A DNA stretch of 64,000 bases from a bacterium (GTDB lineage: Bacteria; UBA8248), in assembly GCA_965219955.1 (NCBI GenBank), contig OZ244799.1, positions 2,784,001 to 2,848,000 on the forward strand, written 5' to 3'. How positions within the stretch are numbered: the first letter of the stretch is position 1; each line of letters starts with the position of its first letter. Below the pieces are notes generated by a model, which made no database searches, was not told where the DNA came from, and saw only the letters and a list, made by a program, of their open reading frames with translations. Positions 59,706-64,000 of this stretch are shown here, piece by piece. A program made the position numbers and the translations under genes.

Positions 59706-60761
59706 TCAGCCGGTGAAGGAAAATTCCATCTTTCGCGTGACGCTGTGCGTGTTGCCGAACGTCGGGATGACGAGGCTGTGCTTGCCGAGGCCGCCCGCCA
59801 CGAACAGGCAGATGCTATCCACGTCGTCTACGACGGGAACGCTTTCGAGGTCTTCCTGCGCCATGAGGTCGTCCCGGCGCCCCCGCGCGCGCGCGAGGTT
59901 CGCCGGCGCAAAAAGAAACGTCGGCACCCGGCCCCGCTCGTACAGGAAGGCCCGGATCCGAGGCGGATCCCAGCCGTCGCGCACGAGCATGTCCACGTGT
60001 TCGGGGCCGAGGACGACCACCATCTCGCCTCCGAACAGCGCGTTGTTGCTCCCCGCCTGCATCATCGACGAAGCGATGGACTGAAGCACGCCCTCGCCGT
60101 CCGTGCTGGCCGCGTCGTTGACCATGATGTGTGGGTCGACGGCGATGACCGTCACGGCGCTGTCGGTGCGCTCAAGGCCGCGCTCGACGTGGAGCGGCGG
60201 CCACGGGCTGGCCTCTTCGTTCTCGCCGATGCAGCTCGAGAACTTGCCCTGGTGGCCGAAGGTGCTGCGGTCCGTATCGCCCGGCTTGGCGCCCCCGATA
60301 TTCTGGAGGATGAAGCGAAAGGCTCTTCCGATGGTGGCGTTGGCCCGCCAGCCCTGGCCGAAGAGGTTTTCCCTGCAGTTGATCCCCAGCGCGCCCCGGG
60401 CGGGGCCGTGGACGACGATGAGCTGCGCGATGCAGTTCGTCGTCCCCTGAACGCCCGGCAGGTTGTATATGGGGTCGAAGATGGCGTCGACGGCGGTAAC
60501 GAGCACCGGCATGTATTCGGGCTTGCAGCCCGCCATGGCGGCGTTGACGGCGATCTTCTCGATCGTGGCGTCGCCGAACAGGTGGGGGATGCGGCCGCGG
60601 GATTCTTCGGGCGGCCGTCCCGATGCCTCCACCATGGCCGCCACCCGCTCTTCGGTCGGCGGGATGACGGGCAGCCCGTCCCCCCAGCCGCGTTCCATCA
60701 CGTACTCGAGGAGTTCCAGGGGGGATTCCGCCACCTCGTGGCGCACGGAGGCCAGCTTCAT
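59706..60761 (-). CDS. Conserved hypothetical partner of UGSC (seleno)proteins
   Basis: GWGDGLPVIPPTEERV, TIEKIAVNAAMAGC, RANATIGRA; ATGA overlap with the UGSC gene. Confidence 0.8.
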   Translation of the reverse strand: MKLASVRHEVAESPLELLEYVMERGWGDGLPVIPPTEERVAAMVEASGRPPEESRGRIPHLFGDATIEKIAVNAAMAGCKPEYMPVLVTAVDAIFDPIYNLPGVQGTTNCIAQLIVVHGPARGALGINCRENLFGQGWRANATIGRAFRFILQNIGGAKPGDTDRSTFGHQGKFSSCIGENEEASPWPPLHVERGLERTDSAVTVIAVDPHIMVNDAASTDGEGVLQSIASSMMQAGSNNALFGGEMVVVLGPEHVDMLVRDGWDPPRIRAFLYERGRVPTFLFAPANLARARGRRDDLMAQEDLESVPVVDDVDSICLFVAGGLGKHSLVIPTFGNTHSVTRKMEFSFTG

Positions 60762-61315
60762 CCTTCGTCTTCCGGCGGCGGCGCCTGCGTCAGGGACTCC
60801 GCCACGCTTTCGAGGATTCCGTCCGCGTGGGCGTGCACCGTATCGAGCGGTATTCCGGTGATGGGGTGGGGGATCGAGACGATGGGGAGGCCCGCGAAGC
60901 CCAGGGCGCGCGCCTTCTTGCGGCCGAAGGCCTCGAACATGTCCGTGATGATGGTGAGCGTGGGGAGCCCGCGCTGTTCGAGCTCAATCGCGTCGTGGAT
61001 ACTCCACGGCGTGCAGGACCCTCAGTCGGGCACCGCGTTCACCACGAAGTCGCACTCTTCCGCCATCCGCTCGATCAGGTCCTCCTCCAGGGGGAGCGCG
61101 CTGCCGCCCTTGCGGTAGTGCGTGAACGAACCGATGGGGTATTTCCCGCGCATCTGTTCTTCCAGCCGGAAGAGCAGCTTGTCGGAGTTCGGTTTCGTGT
61201 TATCGAGAAGACCCAGGCGAATGCCCTCGGGGGAGGCGGGGCGCGCGGCAGGCCGCACCTTCTCCATCGGAGGGGGTATTCCCGAGGGATCGAGGATCAC
61301 CAGAGTCTTCGCCAT
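60758..61315 (-). CDS. UGSC-family selenoprotein (185 aa; UGA at 61024-61022 read as Sec)
   Basis: ORFs 61022-61315 and 60758-60940 are in frame across ...VPD-TGA-GSCTPWSIHDAIELEQRG...; LLDNTKPN motif. Confidence 0.88.
60990..61012 (-). promoter_or_regulatory. Putative bacterial SECIS element
   Basis: CGCCGTGGA-GTA-TCCACGACG hairpin starting about 10 nt after the UGA, G first in loop. Confidence 0.65.
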
Positions 61316-61527
61316 AAAAGACTCCTCTCCTTCAACTACGTGGAGTCGTGCTTAACGCGGTCTGGAATCAGGATAAATGCTGAATCGCTATGATGAAGTA
61401 AGATTGTTGAAATTATCATCTATTCTTGCTGATAGTGTCAACAAACCCTCAAAACGCCTCTGCGCGTAGGCGTATGAGGTGAATCGGCATCCCGTCCGGC
61501 CGTTCACCCGCCGCCGCCGGGAATTCC

Positions 61528-63273
61528 CTACTTGGGCGGAATGACCGGCAAGAGCACGTGGGAGGGATGCTCGGGGCCGGTGTGGATCGTCACCTCGCCG
61601 CCGAATACCTCGGGCGGCCGGTCGACCGGGTCGTTGTGCCTAAACGGCCCCACGCCCGAGAACACGGCGGGCATGTTGGGAAGCCCCTGCGTGACGCCTC
61701 CCGGATAGACGTAGTCGCATCCCCGGATGCTCAAAGCCAGGCGATACCCTTTGGGAACCACGATGCAGGTGGGCCATATCTCGACGTCGAGTTCGTATAT
61801 CTCGCCCGGCGTCAGCGGCTGAATCTCGTCGTGCGCGTGGTAGGGCCGGTAGGGCAGCGTGAGATTTTCATCGAGCTTTCGGTGCGAGGCCCGGAGCCAG
61901 CCCTGGGCCACCGGGGTGTGCGGGTCGAGCGCGCCCTGGAAGGTGACTTCCCTGAAATCGGGCGTGAACAATCTGAGAACCAGGAACAGATCGGCGTCCT
62001 GGGTCTCGGACGACACCCACAGCTTCGACGCCAGGGGGCCGGTGATCTCGGTTTCACGCTTCAAGGGAGGCGAGACGAACGTGACGCCGTCGCTCAAGCC
62101 GGCATAGGCCGCCGTACCCGCCTCCTCCGGCGCGGCCTCGCCGAGCAGGTGGCCTTCCGCATGGAGATAGAGCTTCGTCCAGTTCGTGCGCGCGATGGGC
62201 CACTCGTTCTCCGCGCGCTCCACGAACTTCTCGCCCGGGTGGCGAATCTTGAGCTGCACCCTCGGCTGATCCTTCCAGCCCGTGTCCTCGCCCTTCAGGT
62301 AATGGCCGAAAAATTTCTTCTGGAGCGCCACGCCGTAATCGGTGTAAAACTCCGTCCAGTGCTCGATGCCGTGGCTCTCCAGCCATTTCTCCTTTGAGGC
62401 CGCGCGCATGAAGGCCTCGCAGTTCCCCCTCGGGTGAAGACCCTGCCCGCCCCAGTTGTTCGAAGACAGGAAAGGCACTTCCACTTTCGACCAGTCGGGC
62501 GTTTTCGCCTGCCAGTATTCGTCATCGAGCGGATGCGCGCGCATCTCCGCCCCCAGGCGGCAGCGGTTCGCGCCCAGTTCCTCCTCGCTCAGCGTGTCCG
62601 GCCCCGAGACCCAGTCCCCCGTCACCCGGCTCTTGTAGCCGCGCTCGCCCAGGCCGTGCTGCTTGGAGCGGCCCCTGTTCTGATACCAGTTCTCCGTGAA
62701 GGTGCAGTAGATGCCCCCGTGGTAGTTCATGTCGCGGTAGAAATCCGCCGCCCCCTCCCAGGCGCACATGGCGACGAGATGAGGCGGCTTCAGGCACGCG
62801 ACCTGCCACTGGTTGATGGCGTAATAGGAGATGCCGTTGGCCCCCACCTTCCCGTTGCTCCAGGGCTGCACGCCCGCCCACTCGATGCACTCGTAGAAAT
62901 CGCGCGTCTCGCGATCCGAGAAGGGGTCCATATACCCCGGCGAGCGGCCGGCACCCCTCGAATCCACGCGCACGCAGGCGTAGCCGTCCGGCACCCATTT
63001 CTCGGGGTCCACGACTTCCCAGTTCTGGTACTTGTTCGAAGAACCCAGGGCGACGTCGGGGTGTTCCTCCACCATGCGCCGCCACTGCTCGGGATAGCCG
63101 TCCTCGAAGTGGAGCCACTTCCCGTAAATCCCGTATGTGATGATGACGGGATAGCGGCCCTCATCAACAGGCCGGTAGACGTCGCAGCGCAGCACGAGTC
63201 CGTCGTCCATCTCGACCGGAACCTCCCAGTCGATCCGCATGCCGTCGGCAATTTCCGATTTACGCCCTCTCAT
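61528..63273 (-). CDS. CocE/NonD-family hydrolase
   Basis: MDDGLVLRCDVYRP, VRVDSRG, QPWSNGKVGANGISYYA, C-terminal PepX-like domain. Confidence 0.93.
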   Translation of the reverse strand: MRGRKSEIADGMRIDWEVPVEMDDGLVLRCDVYRPVDEGRYPVIITYGIYGKWLHFEDGYPEQWRRMVEEHPDVALGSSNKYQNWEVVDPEKWVPDGYACVRVDSRGAGRSPGYMDPFSDRETRDFYECIEWAGVQPWSNGKVGANGISYYAINQWQVACLKPPHLVAMCAWEGAADFYRDMNYHGGIYCTFTENWYQNRGRSKQHGLGERGYKSRVTGDWVSGPDTLSEEELGANRCRLGAEMRAHPLDDEYWQAKTPDWSKVEVPFLSSNNWGGQGLHPRGNCEAFMRAASKEKWLESHGIEHWTEFYTDYGVALQKKFFGHYLKGEDTGWKDQPRVQLKIRHPGEKFVERAENEWPIARTNWTKLYLHAEGHLLGEAAPEEAGTAAYAGLSDGVTFVSPPLKRETEITGPLASKLWVSSETQDADLFLVLRLFTPDFREVTFQGALDPHTPVAQGWLRASHRKLDENLTLPYRPYHAHDEIQPLTPGEIYELDVEIWPTCIVVPKGYRLALSIRGCDYVYPGGVTQGLPNMPAVFSGVGPFRHNDPVDRPPEVFGGEVTIHTGPEHPSHVLLPVIPPK

Positions 63274-63298
63274 CGCGCACCTCTCATCCTGTGGGGAA

Positions 63299-64000
63299 TC
63301 ATCCTTTCGGCGGAATCACCGGCAGCAGTACGTGGGACGGACACGACGGGCCGGTGTGCAGCGTCACCTTTCCGCCGAAAAGCTCCGTCGGCCTGTCCTC
63401 TTTCAGATCGTGCTTGAACGGCCCCACGCCGTAGTAGACGCGGCCCGATATTCTGGGCGCTGACGGCTCGTAGCCGGGCCAGACGTAATCGCGCCCCCGG
63501 ACGCTGATCGCCAGGCGGTATTCCTTGGGGATCACGATCGAGGTCGGCCAGATCTCGACGTCCAGTTCATATATCTCGCCGGGCGTAAGCGGCTGAATCT
63601 CGTCGTGCGTGTGGTAGGGCCGGTAAGGGAGCGTGAGGGCTTCATCGAGTTTCCGGTGCGAGGCTCTGAGCCAGCCGATGGCCACGGGCGTGTGCGGGTC
63701 GTTCGCGCCCCGGTAGACGATCTCCGTCATGTCCGGCGTGAAGACGCGCAGGGTGAGGAAGAGGTCCGCATCTTCGGTATCGGAAGAGACGAACAGCTTG
63801 GCCGCCACGGGGCCGGTGATCTCGGTTTCCTCGGCGAAGGGATGCGAGACGTAGACCAAGCCGTCGCCCAGGGCGTCATAGGTCTTCGTCCGCTCGTTGG
63901 TCTGGGGTTCCGCCCGGAAGGTGCCCGAACCCGAGTGGAGGTAATACTTCGTCCACTGCGTGCGCGCGATGGGCCACTCGTTCTCAGCTCTCGGCACGAA
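63299..64000 (-). CDS. CocE/NonD-family hydrolase, C-terminal part (runs off window)
   Basis: ENEWPIART, TEITGP, GWLRASHRKLD, ELDVEIWPT; paralog of 61528-63273. Confidence 0.9.
   Translation of the reverse strand, partial: FVPRAENEWPIARTQWTKYYLHSGSGTFRAEPQTNERTKTYDALGDGLVYVSHPFAEETEITGPVAAKLFVSSDTEDADLFLTLRVFTPDMTEIVYRGANDPHTPVAIGWLRASHRKLDEALTLPYRPYHTHDEIQPLTPGEIYELDVEIWPTSIVIPKEYRLAISVRGRDYVWPGYEPSAPRISGRVYYGVGPFKHDLKEDRPTELFGGKVTLHTGPSCPSHVLLPVIPPKG

Noticed and set aside
45115-61118. Long plus-strand ORFs (e.g. 45115-47223, 47782-50013, 57993-59624, 59634-61118)
   Set aside because: Antisense shadows of well-supported minus-strand genes
1-64000. tRNA/tmRNA integration site, integrase, rRNA
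   Set aside because: None recognised by eye; tRNAscan-SE and Infernal would be needed to exclude them

Overview
GC-rich bacterial DNA in two parts. (1) About 1-41,800 is a mobile/accessory island. It holds a conjugative leading region (truncated ssb, Frpo-like ssDNA-promoter hairpin, DUF4326 and DUF2493/SLOG genes), an F-type MOBF oriT at 4943-4963 and an RHH gene. Next come a five-gene restriction-like defence operon (SNF2 helicase-DUF3883, YhcG nuclease, DUF1156 adenine MTase, reader-PD-(D/E)XK nuclease, DUF499 ATPase), a TrwC-like relaxase with a TraD/TrwB coupling protein, a 1751-aa exonuclease-RecQ-UvrD fusion and an FRG-TPR gene. IS3, IS110 and IS256 debris is scattered through it. Four directly oriented, spacing-conserved ~160-bp non-coding elements (about 32.05, 35.74, 39.10 and 41.65 kb) delimit cargo blocks like a recombination-site array. 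No integrase, mating-pair genes, tRNA, rRNA or CRISPR array is visible. (2) About 41,800-64,000 looks chromosomal and is rich in palindromic intergenic repeats. It encodes an adenylate cyclase and a long minus-strand catabolic/transport cluster: two CocE/NonD hydrolases, a UGSC selenoprotein with its partner, a peptide ABC transporter, an M20 hydrolase, a class V aminotransferase, a sugar-type ABC transporter and an M24 peptidase. All calls come from motif recognition by eye; no searches were run.
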